From positions 454,111 through 518,110 of the forward strand of contig JBAZZB010000001.1 of NCBI GenBank assembly GCA_041659045.1: a stretch of 64,000 bases of DNA, in the 5' to 3' direction. Shown piece by piece: positions 28,859 through 37,781 of the stretch. The notes beneath the pieces were generated by a model. It was not told the DNA's origin, made no database searches, and saw nothing but the letters and a program-made list of their open reading frames with translations. The translations under genes and the position numbers were made by a program. The number at the start of each line of letters is the position of its first letter. The first letter of the stretch is position 1. Source of the DNA: Patescibacteria group bacterium. Its GTDB lineage: Bacteria; Patescibacteriota; Patescibacteriia; SG8-24; DYFX01.

Positions 28859-29581
28859 TCAAGAACGTTTACGGAGCGACAGGACGACACCGAACGTCAT
28901 CACGACAAGTGCCATCGGAAGCGAAGCGCCTCCGGTGCGCGGAAGCTCGTCAACCGTGTTCGTGTCTCCACCAGGAGGCGTGGTACCGCCGTCCGGAGGC
29001 GTGAGCGGATTGCAGCCGGGGCTAAGCGGATCGCACGTCGCGACATCAGGAGGCGTGATCGGAGCACAATCGGGGCTTCCAACCGGGCAGCTCGGCGGCG
29101 CCGGAGGTTCACAGCTCGTCATGTTGCAGCCACCAGGCGGCGGGGTCGTCGGACCGTCGCAGCCCTGCGAGCATTCCGGAGTTGCAATCGCAACGTCGTC
29201 ATACGTAACAACGCAGGTTGCGGAACCGTTTTCAGCCAAGGTGCCGGAGCAGCCCGGACCGTAAAAACGAGCGTAGTACGGCTGGTGCGATCCCTGAACA
29301 GCGTAGTTGCCCGGGGATACGGCCATCGTGATACCCGGTGCGCCAAAACCAGCCCACGTCGAGAGGGTGGTCATGCCGTCGCCGTAGGTCATAAGAAAGT
29401 TTGCCGGCAAGGCAATACCTCCGTCATCATTGATGACGTTCGTCACAACGTTGATCGTGGCTTGGCTGTTGCCGCCACCGCCCGGACCGGGGCCGGTCGG
29501 GTTATACGAGGCCGCCTGAACGCGGGCAGCGCTCGTAAGAAGCGCCGTCGCAAAGACAAGCGCGAGAAGTGTTTTTCGCAT
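28859..29581 (-). CDS. LPXTG cell-wall-sorting-signal protein (prealbumin/SpaA-like domain plus a Pro/Cys-rich stalk)
   Basis: Signal peptide; LPRTG (28931-28945) followed by a hydrophobic segment and an RKR tail; adjacent to the sortase. Confidence 0.85.
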   Translation of the reverse strand: MRKTLLALVFATALLTSAARVQAASYNPTGPGPGGGGNSQATINVVTNVINDDGGIALPANFLMTYGDGMTTLSTWAGFGAPGITMAVSPGNYAVQGSHQPYYARFYGPGCSGTLAENGSATCVVTYDDVAIATPECSQGCDGPTTPPPGGCNMTSCEPPAPPSCPVGSPDCAPITPPDVATCDPLSPGCNPLTPPDGGTTPPGGDTNTVDELPRTGGASLPMALVVMTFGVVLSLRKRS

Positions 29582-29696
29582 AGTTGCGTAAAGAATATGC
29601 GAGGAGGATAGCTAAAAACGGCGCGCACGTCAAGGCAGCTATCACCACCTCTTCTTATTGACAGCCTCCGCCCAAAACGATACGATGTCGGCGCAT

Positions 29697-29770
29697 TCGG
29701 GGATCGTCTAATGGTAGGACAACAGACTCTGAATCTGTTTATCTTGGTTCGAATCCAGGTCCCCGAGCCA
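29697..29770 (+). tRNA. tRNA-Gln(CTG)
   Basis: Acceptor TCGGGGA/TCCCCGA, anticodon arm ACAGA-CTCTGAA-TCTGT, GGTTCGAATCC T-loop, encoded CCA. Confidence 0.96.
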
Positions 29771-29772
29771 TG

Positions 29773-29801
29773 GAAAAACACCGGCAAGACCGGTGTTTTT
29801 T
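29773..29801 (+). terminator. Intrinsic terminator after tRNA-Gln
   Basis: AAAAACACCGG-CAAGA-CCGGTGTTTTTT hairpin. Confidence 0.75.
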
Positions 29802-29871
29802 CGTATGATAGTGATGTCTTCGTCCGATATGGTATAAGTGGTGTGCGAACACTCTTGATTTAATCCGCCCT

Positions 29872-30324
29872 ATGGAACCAAAAAATCCCGAATCAATGCC
29901 GACACAGCCGGAAGTGGCCAAGGTAGAGGCCGAGGGATCGGCTCCGTTGTCGCCTGAAGAAGAGGATCAAGCGGCGTACTGGCTCGAAATGATGGCGGCA
30001 GAGAGTGCGGAGAAGAAGCGTACGGAAAAAATCCCTGAACCGACGGAAGGTGAAAAAGCCGTGTCGGAGTTGAATGAGATTTTTGACGTATGGCTGGCGC
30101 CGGAGAAACTTGAGGCGCTTCACGCTTTGAGTACTGAAGCTGAAGCCGTGGAGAACCCTCTGCGTGCTGAAGCAAAATTGGCATTGGGCGAGATTCTGAA
30201 AAGAATCAATCTTGCAAAAAAATCGCTTCCTGGCAGCGAGACTGACCCTCTCATGGCAAAGTACAAGCTCGTTTCGAGAGCTGTCGGCGTCATCAATCGC
30301 GGATTGGTTGATCACACGAGATAA
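29872..30324 (+). CDS. Hypothetical acidic helical protein
   Basis: 150-aa ORF with an upstream TATAAG and a downstream terminator. Confidence 0.7.
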   Translation: MEPKNPESMPTQPEVAKVEAEGSAPLSPEEEDQAAYWLEMMAAESAEKKRTEKIPEPTEGEKAVSELNEIFDVWLAPEKLEALHALSTEAEAVENPLRAEAKLALGEILKRINLAKKSLPGSETDPLMAKYKLVSRAVGVINRGLVDHTR

Positions 30325-30326
30325 TC

Positions 30327-30361
30327 AAAGAAGACCCAGTCTCTCGGCTGGGTCTTCTTTT
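30327..30361. terminator. Bidirectional intrinsic terminator
   Basis: AAAGAAGACCCAG...CTGGGTCTTCTTT between convergent genes. Confidence 0.8.
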
Positions 30362-30398
30362 ACTTGAACGGTCAACGACGATGCGTGCGCGGTGGTCT

Positions 30399-30827
30399 TT
30401 AGACCTTATCCTGTTCCGGCAGCTTCTTGTTGGCCTCCGCCGTCGAGACAGGCTTACTCATCACGACCGCCTTCACAATCAACCAACCGAAAAGCGCATA
30501 GACCGCCATGGCCAAAAGTGTCGATCCTTCAAAGACCACACCCTCAGCTTGGGTCGATTTGAAGACCGAGTAGAACGGTGCTCCGAACACGCCCGTCACG
30601 CCGTAGACGAATTTCGAGAATCCCGCCGCAGGATTCGCTCCCAGCATTTTCAGAAAAAGACGCAAAAGTAGGAAGACCTCCGCGATTCCCACGAGGTACC
30701 AAATAACCTGCGTGATGCGATACAAGGGCTTGATGCGCTGCGTCGGCATGTTCTCCTGCTTGAGCGTCGAGTCGACGGTCGGCATCGGCGTCTTCGGCAC
30801 CGGTTGTTGCGAGGGCTGCGCATCCAT
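30399..30827 (-). CDS. YggT-like small membrane protein
   Basis: LLLRLFLKMLGANP...F...Y..T.....PF...F pattern; two to three TM segments. Confidence 0.75.
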   Translation of the reverse strand: MDAQPSQQPVPKTPMPTVDSTLKQENMPTQRIKPLYRITQVIWYLVGIAEVFLLLRLFLKMLGANPAAGFSKFVYGVTGVFGAPFYSVFKSTQAEGVVFEGSTLLAMAVYALFGWLIVKAVVMSKPVSTAEANKKLPEQDKV

Positions 30828-30979
30828 ACGAATGAAGGTAATGGGGTAAATCACTTCCAGTATAACATCATTAAGGTACTTTTACGTTCCATGTTCCGTT
30901 TCGATCCCGTTTTCGTAGTAAGATAGTAGGAGCATTACTCGTCTGTCTTTTTGGAATCTAATCCTTGTAACGCCTTTTT

Positions 30980-31747
30980 ATGAAACGATCCGTGATCGTT
31001 ATGTCCCTTCTGCTCCTCGTCGGAGCAGGATGCGGCTACAAAACCCCTTCACCGGAACCCTCGCCCGCGCGCCCTACGGAAGAAGTTTCCGGCTCAATCG
31101 ACGGCACATGGAAATTGAAGCGCTTTAAAGCTTCCGGCAAAGAAACCCAGGATGTTTCCAAGATCGGCTCGACGCTGACGATCGAAGCCGGTACCCGCCT
31201 CTCTGCCAGGATCTGCAACAGCATGAGCGGCGAATACAACATCGAAAGCGGCACGCTGAAAGTGTCGATACTCCTGAGCACCAAGATGTTCTGCACGGGT
31301 CTTCCGGGTGAGATCGAAACGGCCTTCAGCCAAGGCTTGTCGACCGGCCTCAAGATCGATCTTTCCAGCGAAGTACTCGTCCTCCGCGCCGGTGCGGGCG
31401 CCGAGTTCACCTACGAAAGATCCGAAGACCCGCGCGTAGGAACACCGGCCGATGAGGAAACTGCAGCCGAGGACCGGGTCGTCAGCGGCACCGTTGTCTC
31501 TATTGATACCGACCAGGTGCCGGTGGACGGCCCCGCTGTCGTGAATCTTCGTACTTCGAGCGGTGCCATGGCGAAGATTCTGGTTCCCTCGTTTGGCCTC
31601 GGTCTTTGCAAGGCGAAAGCCTCCATCGCCGACGTCTATACGCTGAAGGCCGGTGACCGTGTCGAAGCAAACGGTTCGCTTGGCGTGGACGGCGCGATCA
31701 TCCCCTGTCAGTCGGAGGCGCATTATCTGCGCGTCACTACAAAGTAA
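30980..31747 (+). CDS. META/HslJ-domain lipoprotein
   Basis: LVGAGC lipobox; GTWKL...CNSMSGEY...STKMFC META signature. Confidence 0.82.
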   Translation: MKRSVIVMSLLLLVGAGCGYKTPSPEPSPARPTEEVSGSIDGTWKLKRFKASGKETQDVSKIGSTLTIEAGTRLSARICNSMSGEYNIESGTLKVSILLSTKMFCTGLPGEIETAFSQGLSTGLKIDLSSEVLVLRAGAGAEFTYERSEDPRVGTPADEETAAEDRVVSGTVVSIDTDQVPVDGPAVVNLRTSSGAMAKILVPSFGLGLCKAKASIADVYTLKAGDRVEANGSLGVDGAIIPCQSEAHYLRVTTK

Positions 31748-31754
31748 ACAGATC

Positions 31755-31787
31755 AAAAAAGACCCGGCCTCAATACCGGGTCTTTTT
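31755..31787 (+). terminator. Intrinsic terminator
   Basis: AAAAAAGACCCGG...CCGGGTCTTTTT. Confidence 0.75.
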
Positions 31788-31830
31788 GTTTTTCGATGAT
31801 CGCGCTATGCTCGCGGCGAGGAGGTGCAGC

Positions 31831-32151
31831 GTGCGAACACTTTGGAGCGTCCCAGCGAAGACTGAGCTCATCGAGGATCCGCTCGCCTCGCCATTCGGAC
31901 CCGTGCGGAAAACCAAGCAGAGAATCCTGCGCGCCTATCGACGTCACGCCATGAAAACGCACGATTGCGATCGTTGTTGCGGAGTGATCGAGGCGGGAGA
32001 GATGTACGAAGGCGTCGTCGAGATCACTTCAGAGGGAAGACTCCGCGTCTCCAAGCAACATGTCGAGCCGTCCTGCGATTGGCCGACGGAACCGAACGAC
32101 GAAGACAGGGAAACTCACCACGCGCAAAACCCACTCGCCCGCGCCGCCTGA
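31831..32151 (+). CDS. Small hypothetical protein with a possible Zn-binding motif
   Basis: GAGGAGG SD before GTG 31831; HxCxxC...H...C pattern. Confidence 0.5.
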   Translation: MRTLWSVPAKTELIEDPLASPFGPVRKTKQRILRAYRRHAMKTHDCDRCCGVIEAGEMYEGVVEITSEGRLRVSKQHVEPSCDWPTEPNDEDRETHHAQNPLARAA

Positions 32152-32180
32152 CGCGAGAACATGTTTCTCAGCGTCTTTTT

Positions 32181-32624
32181 TTACGACAAGCGCTCTAGTG
32201 CTAACTCGATTGTTTCGACTTGCACGATCCCATAGCGTTCGCACACAATATCCACGTTCCCCTTTCTCCAAAAACCCTCGGGGCAAACGACGACGAGTTT
32301 CCCACTCCGCGCGAAGAGACCGAGTTCCAACAAACTGATCGGTGACTTCGTCTGCGGATCAAAATACATGAGAATCTTGTCGGCGCGTTCGAGCGCGGAA
32401 AGCTCCCACTCGACCTGTTTTTTGAACTCTTCATTGTTGATGTTCTGTTCCCATGACGAATCCCAAGAACCGCGGCGCGGGTTCAGAATGACCCAGTCGG
32501 TTTCTGCCAAACGGCCCACGACGTCTTGTTGCCATTCGTGCGCTCGGTTCATCTCAATACTGCCGGCCAAAAAAAGTTTTCTGCCTTCGTTTGGAATTGG
32601 TTGTGGCGCTTGAATTTCTTGCAT
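32181..32624 (-). CDS. Nucleoside 2-deoxyribosyltransferase-like protein
   Basis: FLAGSI, W.Q, NPRR, QVEWE, SPISLLELG, GNVDIVC. Confidence 0.88.
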   Translation of the reverse strand: MQEIQAPQPIPNEGRKLFLAGSIEMNRAHEWQQDVVGRLAETDWVILNPRRGSWDSSWEQNINNEEFKKQVEWELSALERADKILMYFDPQTKSPISLLELGLFARSGKLVVVCPEGFWRKGNVDIVCERYGIVQVETIELALERLS

Positions 32625-32657
32625 GGATTTTTTTTCTCGCAGTGCTATAATTCGCAC

Positions 32658-33437
32658 ATGATTATCGACGCGCACACCCACATCGGTTTCGGAAAAGCGA
32701 TCACGAAGTCGGCAAAGCAACTCTTGGCCGAACTTGACCGTGGGAAGGTCGACAAAGCAATGGTCTTTGCCGGCGCCATCAACGAGTGTACCAACGAAGC
32801 CTTACTCAAGGAAATCGCTTTGCACAAGAAACGCTTGTTCGGCGTTGGTTCGGTCTCTCCGAATGGCCCGAAGTCGTATCGACCGTCGCTCGCTTCGATG
32901 GAGCGGTGGCTTAAAAGCGGCGAGTTGCGCGCGATCAAATTCTATCTCGGCTACGAGCCGTTCTATCCGAACGACAACCGCCTGCGTCCATATCTGCGAC
33001 TCCTCCAAAAATACGACCGTCCGGCAATCTTCCACAGTGGTGACGTCTACAACGTCGTAAAAGGCGCGAAATTGAAATACGCGCATGCGCTCCATGTCGA
33101 CGACTTGGCTTCGGAGATGCCGCATCTCAAAATCATTATCGCCCATCTTGGCAGTCCATGGATCATTGATGCCGCACAGGTGTGCTACAAGAACGAGAAC
33201 ATCTACGCGGATTGTTCCGGATTTGTGTACGGCGATTTCTCACCCGTAAAGCGCAAGGAATTTATCAATGTTTGGAAGGAATTTGAACGCGTCACTGAAT
33301 CGAACGGGCGTATCCTCTTCGGCAGCGACTGGCCGATTAGCGATGTCCGACCATACGTCGACGTCGTTCGAAAGCTGGCTGGTCGCCACGCCGCACGGGT
33401 ATTCCATAAAAATGCCGAGACACTGTTCGGCGTTTAA
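32658..33437 (+). CDS. Amidohydrolase family (Amidohydro_2) metal-dependent hydrolase
   Basis: IIDAHTH, FHSG, IAHLG, FGSDWP, NA..LF. Confidence 0.9.
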   Translation: MIIDAHTHIGFGKAITKSAKQLLAELDRGKVDKAMVFAGAINECTNEALLKEIALHKKRLFGVGSVSPNGPKSYRPSLASMERWLKSGELRAIKFYLGYEPFYPNDNRLRPYLRLLQKYDRPAIFHSGDVYNVVKGAKLKYAHALHVDDLASEMPHLKIIIAHLGSPWIIDAAQVCYKNENIYADCSGFVYGDFSPVKRKEFINVWKEFERVTESNGRILFGSDWPISDVRPYVDVVRKLAGRHAARVFHKNAETLFGV

Positions 33438-33446
33438 GCTCAGGCA

Positions 33447-33475
33447 TTGACGTTTCCGAAGTTAGGTGCTATCGT
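33447..33475 (+). promoter_or_regulatory. Sigma70-type promoter of the DEAD-box helicase
   Basis: TTGACG-17 nt-TATCGT with an extended TG. Confidence 0.6.
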
Positions 33476-33575
33476 AGAACCTTAATCAGGAGCCCCGCAT
33501 ACGCGGGGCTGGACTCGATCCCGTAGCGGCAGTTGTCGTGACCTAGGGGCCTCGGGTCAATGACACACCCCCTAC

Positions 33576-35069
33576 ATGTCCCAACCGCTTCCGTCCGGCG
33601 ACGGCTTGGCCTTTCACGGCCTCGGCATCGCCCCTAAATTGTTGGAAATCCTGGGTAAGCACAACTACTCTGTGCCGACCCCGATCCAACACAAGTCCAT
33701 CCCCGTCTCCATTGAAGGGAAGGACATGATCGGTATCGCTCAAACCGGTACCGGCAAAACGCTGGCTTTCGGCGTTCCTATGCTTCAGCGCCTCGCGATC
33801 CATAAGGGTCGCGGTCTGGCACTTTTACCGACCCGCGAGCTCGCGCTCCAGGTCGACGAAACGCTGCACAAGCTCGGTAAAGATATGGGTATTCGCACGG
33901 CGGTCTTGATCGGCGGCGCTTCGATGCGCCAGCAAATCGACAACCTCCGCCGCAATCCTCACGTCATCGTGGCCACGCCTGGCCGTTTGATCGATCACCT
34001 TCAGCAAAAAACCGTCGACCTCTCGGACATCAAAATCCTCGTTCTCGACGAAGCTGATCGCATGCTCGACATGGGATTCCTCCCGCAGATCAACCGCATT
34101 CTTCGCACCGTGCCGAAGGATCGCCAGACAATGCTCTTCTCCGCCACCATGCCGGAAGACATTGTTTCGATCGCCGCCAACCACATGAAGACCCCGGTGC
34201 GCATCGAAATCGCTCGCCAAGGTTCGCTTGCCGACACCGTCGCACAGGAAATGTACGTCGTGCGCAAGGATCAAAAACTCCGCTTGCTCGACAAGGTGCT
34301 CGACGAATATAAGGGCTCTGTTCTTGTTTTCGCCCGCACCAAATTTTCCGCCAAAAAAATCGCTCGCGCCGTTCGCGGCATGGGCCATGGCGCCGACGAG
34401 ATCCATTCCAACCGCAGTCTCAACCAGCGCAAAGCCGCGCTTGAAGGTTTCAAAACCGGCAAGCACCGCGTTCTTGTCGCCACCGACATTGCCGCTCGCG
34501 GCATTGACGTGACCGGCATCGAAGTCGTTATTAACTTCGACGTTCCGGAAAACGCGGACGATTACGTTCACCGCATCGGCCGCACCGGCCGCGCGGGACG
34601 TCTCGGCAAAGCCATCACCTTTGCCCAGCCCGACCAAGGCAGCGAAGTCCGCGACATCGAGCGCCTGACGCGCAAGATGCTCCCGATCACGCCACTGCCC
34701 AAGGAACTCCCGCCCGAGCGCCCGATGCACCAGGAGGCCGAACGTCCGGACCTCGGCGTCTGGCAACCGCGCCCTCAGGGCGGTCGCGGCGGCTATCAGA
34801 GCCGTCCGCACTCCGGTGGCAGCCAAGGCAGCAGCCGTGGCGGCTACCAGGGCCGCTCCAGCAGCCAGGGCGGTTACGCTCCGCGCCAAGGCGGCTCCTC
34901 CGGTTACGCCGGCAGCCGCAGCCAGGGCACGAGCACTCCTTCGTCCCACCAGGGGCAGAGCCAAGGTGCTTCACAAGGCAGCTCACAGAGCCGCCCATCG
35001 AGCGGCTTCGGCGGCAAAAAGGGTGGCAAGCGCCGCATGCCCCCGAAAAAGTTCTACTACGCGGAATAA
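33576..35069 (+). CDS. DEAD-box RNA helicase (RhlE-like) with a Gly/Ser/Gln/Arg-rich tail
   Basis: Q motif, AQTGTGKT, PTRELA, TPGR, DEAD, SAT, ARGID, HRIGRTGR. Confidence 0.96.
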   Translation: MSQPLPSGDGLAFHGLGIAPKLLEILGKHNYSVPTPIQHKSIPVSIEGKDMIGIAQTGTGKTLAFGVPMLQRLAIHKGRGLALLPTRELALQVDETLHKLGKDMGIRTAVLIGGASMRQQIDNLRRNPHVIVATPGRLIDHLQQKTVDLSDIKILVLDEADRMLDMGFLPQINRILRTVPKDRQTMLFSATMPEDIVSIAANHMKTPVRIEIARQGSLADTVAQEMYVVRKDQKLRLLDKVLDEYKGSVLVFARTKFSAKKIARAVRGMGHGADEIHSNRSLNQRKAALEGFKTGKHRVLVATDIAARGIDVTGIEVVINFDVPENADDYVHRIGRTGRAGRLGKAITFAQPDQGSEVRDIERLTRKMLPITPLPKELPPERPMHQEAERPDLGVWQPRPQGGRGGYQSRPHSGGSQGSSRGGYQGRSSSQGGYAPRQGGSSGYAGSRSQGTSTPSSHQGQSQGASQGSSQSRPSSGFGGKKGGKRRMPPKKFYYAE

Positions 35070-35107
35070 AAAGAAATCCCTCTCTGGTAAAGAGAGGGAT
35101 TTTTCTT
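35068..35107. terminator. Bidirectional intrinsic terminator
   Basis: AAATCCCTCTC...GAGAGGGATTT between convergent genes. Confidence 0.8.
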
Positions 35108-35411
35108 ATTCAACGCTTTCGAGCACAATTCTCTTTTCAAAAATCCCTCGTTCAATCCCCTTTTCCACGCGTACCGCTTCGACCTCCTTCTCGTCAAATC
35201 CGTGGTGAGCGCAAATCGCTTTTACGACCTCGAGAATATCTGCCAGCTCTTCCGCATTACGGTCACGAGCGAATTCTTCGACTTCTTCGCGGAGTTTGTC
35301 GACGAGGCGTTCGCCGTATTCCTCAACGGAAACCTCGCGAAATGTTGCGGTCTGTCCTTTGGCCTTGATGATTTCCGGAATCCTGTCCCGTACGAGCTTG
35401 TCGTGTTTCAT
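35106..35411 (-). CDS. MazG-like nucleoside triphosphate pyrophosphohydrolase
   Basis: KLVRDRIPEII, KL.EE..E, EELADILEV, K..ERG.F. Confidence 0.88.
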   Translation of the reverse strand: MKHDKLVRDRIPEIIKAKGQTATFREVSVEEYGERLVDKLREEVEEFARDRNAEELADILEVVKAICAHHGFDEKEVEAVRVEKGIERGIFEKRIVLESVE

Positions 35412-35418
35412 AGAAAGA

Positions 35419-36975
35419 TTAGCTTGCCGCAACCGTGCCGCCAAATTCTTTGACTAAATCCGCAAAGCCGTCCGGAAGATTCGCCGATGCTTCAACCTGA
35501 ATATGCGGTGAAGGTTCGACGAGTCCATCGGTGCGCTGCGCCACTAGAATCGCTTTAACGCGCATCGCAGCACCAAGCACTTCACCGAGCGCGGCTTCAA
35601 ATGAATCGCGATGCCGTTTATCGTTTAAGCGATCGCGATACATCGTGTATTGGAAGCCGACGGTCAGAAGCCCGCCATCACAATCCAAAAGCTCGGCCGC
35701 GCCGAGCATATACGGAAGTCCATGGTTCCGCTTTTGTGCGGCTGCCAAAATCTCCGTCCATTTTTCTTTCACGTGGGCAAGCGCCACGCCGTCACCGGAC
35801 GGAAGCGTTTCGACACGCTCCGTGTTCAAAGGTTCTGGTGCGGAGGCTTCTGGTGCCGCCGTAGGCTTTGAGGCTTCTACCTTCGGCACACTACTCGTGG
35901 GCGGAGCGGGAGGCGGCGGATCGCGCCGTGGTGGTTCGGCCGCACGCACCGGCTCGGCGCACCACTCTGCTAGCAGAAGTTCGAAACCGAGCTCGGGCGG
36001 GTCCAGACGTTTCATTTCGCCGTGGGCGCGCACAAGACGTTCAAGCAAAGCCGATGCGTTTGCCAAACCGTTTCCAGCGTCCTTCATAGAAGTCAGCGCG
36101 GCTTCGCGACCGCGCTCGACCAATTCCGCAACAATACGAATCGGGTCCGCTCCGGATGCGAGCAATGTTTCCCATACCGCCAGCGTTTTTGAAGCGTCGC
36201 GCAAGACAAGCGCCTCCATAAGTCCGTTGACGGCTTCGGAAGAAACGATCGGCAACACGAGCGCGGCCGTTTCCGCCGTAATCTTTTTCTCGCCAAGCGA
36301 AAAAATCTGGCTGAGCAAACTCTCGGCGTCACGCAAACACCCTTCGCTGAGTCGTGCAACGGCCGCGAGCACGCTCGCCTCAACCGTAAAACCCTCCTTC
36401 TTCGCCAGACCCTCCAATCGCTCGATTAACTCCGCTGTGGGAATTTTTCGAAAATCAAATCGTTGGCAGCGCGAAATAACCGTGGCCGGCAGCTTATGAA
36501 GCTCTGTTGTCGCCAAGATGAACACGACACGCGCAGGCGGCTCTTCCAGCGTCTTCAAGAGCGCGTTAAAAGCCGACGTCGAGAGCATGTGCACTTCGTC
36601 GATAATGAAAACCTTGTAGGCGAGTTTCGACGGCGCGAAACGCGCGTTTTCGATCACCTGTTCGCGCACGTTGTCGACGCCGGTATGAGAGGCGGCATCG
36701 ATTTCAACAACATCAAGCGCGCGCCCTTCGGCGATTTCCGTGCAGGCGTCGCAACTTCCACATGGCTCACCGGCTTTCGAACGTTCGCGGCAATTGAGCG
36801 CCTTGGCAAAAATACGCGCCAAACTTGTCTTGCCGACTCCGCGTGGGCCGGAAAACAAATAGCTGTGCGCGACACGATCGGTCGCGACCTCATTCGCCAG
36901 CGCCGCTTTGACGTGCTCCTGCCCGGCAACCTCGGCAAACGTCTTGGGCCTGTATTTTCTGTACAGTACGGTCAT
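35419..36975 (-). CDS. dnaX: DNA polymerase III subunit gamma/tau
   Basis: LYRKYRP, GPRGVGKT, Zn motif, EIDAAS, DEVHMLS, LKTLEEPP, SRC. Confidence 0.97.
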   Translation of the reverse strand: MTVLYRKYRPKTFAEVAGQEHVKAALANEVATDRVAHSYLFSGPRGVGKTSLARIFAKALNCRERSKAGEPCGSCDACTEIAEGRALDVVEIDAASHTGVDNVREQVIENARFAPSKLAYKVFIIDEVHMLSTSAFNALLKTLEEPPARVVFILATTELHKLPATVISRCQRFDFRKIPTAELIERLEGLAKKEGFTVEASVLAAVARLSEGCLRDAESLLSQIFSLGEKKITAETAALVLPIVSSEAVNGLMEALVLRDASKTLAVWETLLASGADPIRIVAELVERGREAALTSMKDAGNGLANASALLERLVRAHGEMKRLDPPELGFELLLAEWCAEPVRAAEPPRRDPPPPAPPTSSVPKVEASKPTAAPEASAPEPLNTERVETLPSGDGVALAHVKEKWTEILAAAQKRNHGLPYMLGAAELLDCDGGLLTVGFQYTMYRDRLNDKRHRDSFEAALGEVLGAAMRVKAILVAQRTDGLVEPSPHIQVEASANLPDGFADLVKEFGGTVAAS

Positions 36976-36993
36976 GACAGGCCGATGAGTTTC

Positions 36994-37704
36994 TTAGAGC
37001 TGCGGCTTCTTGCGGATGATGTTTTCAACGGCAGCCCATTTGGACGGCGCGTTCTTCGGCACGAGGATAACGGCTTCGTCGCCTGCGTCGGCCTTGTAAT
37101 ACGTGACGGACGCCTTAATTACTTTCCAGGAGCGACCACCCGCAACAACCAAGAACTGACTCGTTTCTTGATCGAAGGCGAGAGAACCGATCAAGCGCTG
37201 TCGCTCGATCGGGCCGATTTGTTTGTAAATGAAGTTTCCGCGCCCACCGATCGTGAGCTTCAACATGTCGCCCTCAACAAGCTTCGACTTCGAAGCGTAG
37301 TTCGGAGGCACGGCGTAGCTTTTACCGTCGTCTCCGACCATTTCCTGGCCGTCAAAGACGCCCTCAACGACGCGATCGCCGGAGGAAAAAGCGTCGGTGG
37401 AATTTTGAGAGGGCGGAACGAGCGGGATGGCGGTAACGTTCCACGTTTGGGCTTCTTGCACGAGCCCCACCTGAGCACCTCTTGTTTCAGGGGCTGTGTC
37501 GTCAAGTAATTTTAGGGCGTTGTCGATCGAGTCGCGTACGTTCTTCAGGATCGCGCGAAGCGTCGCTGCTTTTGTCGGCGCAACGTCCGCGTGAACGACC
37601 GCTTCAACAAGCGCGTCCAAACGGTCCGGCATTTCTTTCGTCGCAACAGCTTCAGAGGACAACGGGCGCGCTTCTTGATCGATTTCTTCAGTGAGCCATT
37701 CCAT
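36994..37704 (-). CDS. Conserved hypothetical protein (CPR-type; VPPNYASKSKLVEGD motif)
   Basis: EGVFDGQ.M...DG..Y.VP.NYASKSKLVEGD...YKQIGP motif; lies upstream of dnaX. Confidence 0.75.
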   Translation of the reverse strand: MEWLTEEIDQEARPLSSEAVATKEMPDRLDALVEAVVHADVAPTKAATLRAILKNVRDSIDNALKLLDDTAPETRGAQVGLVQEAQTWNVTAIPLVPPSQNSTDAFSSGDRVVEGVFDGQEMVGDDGKSYAVPPNYASKSKLVEGDMLKLTIGGRGNFIYKQIGPIERQRLIGSLAFDQETSQFLVVAGGRSWKVIKASVTYYKADAGDEAVILVPKNAPSKWAAVENIIRKKPQL

Positions 37705-37781
37705 AGTGAGCTTTTGTTTGATTCTTCCTGTTCTCTATAGCATACGGCACGGACGCGCGCTATCGGGACGCATGTGGATAG

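Noticed and set aside
29697-29870. tRNA-Gln (and tRNA-Glu at 62428) as island integration sites
   Set aside because: No duplicated tRNA 3' end or integrase was seen in the window.
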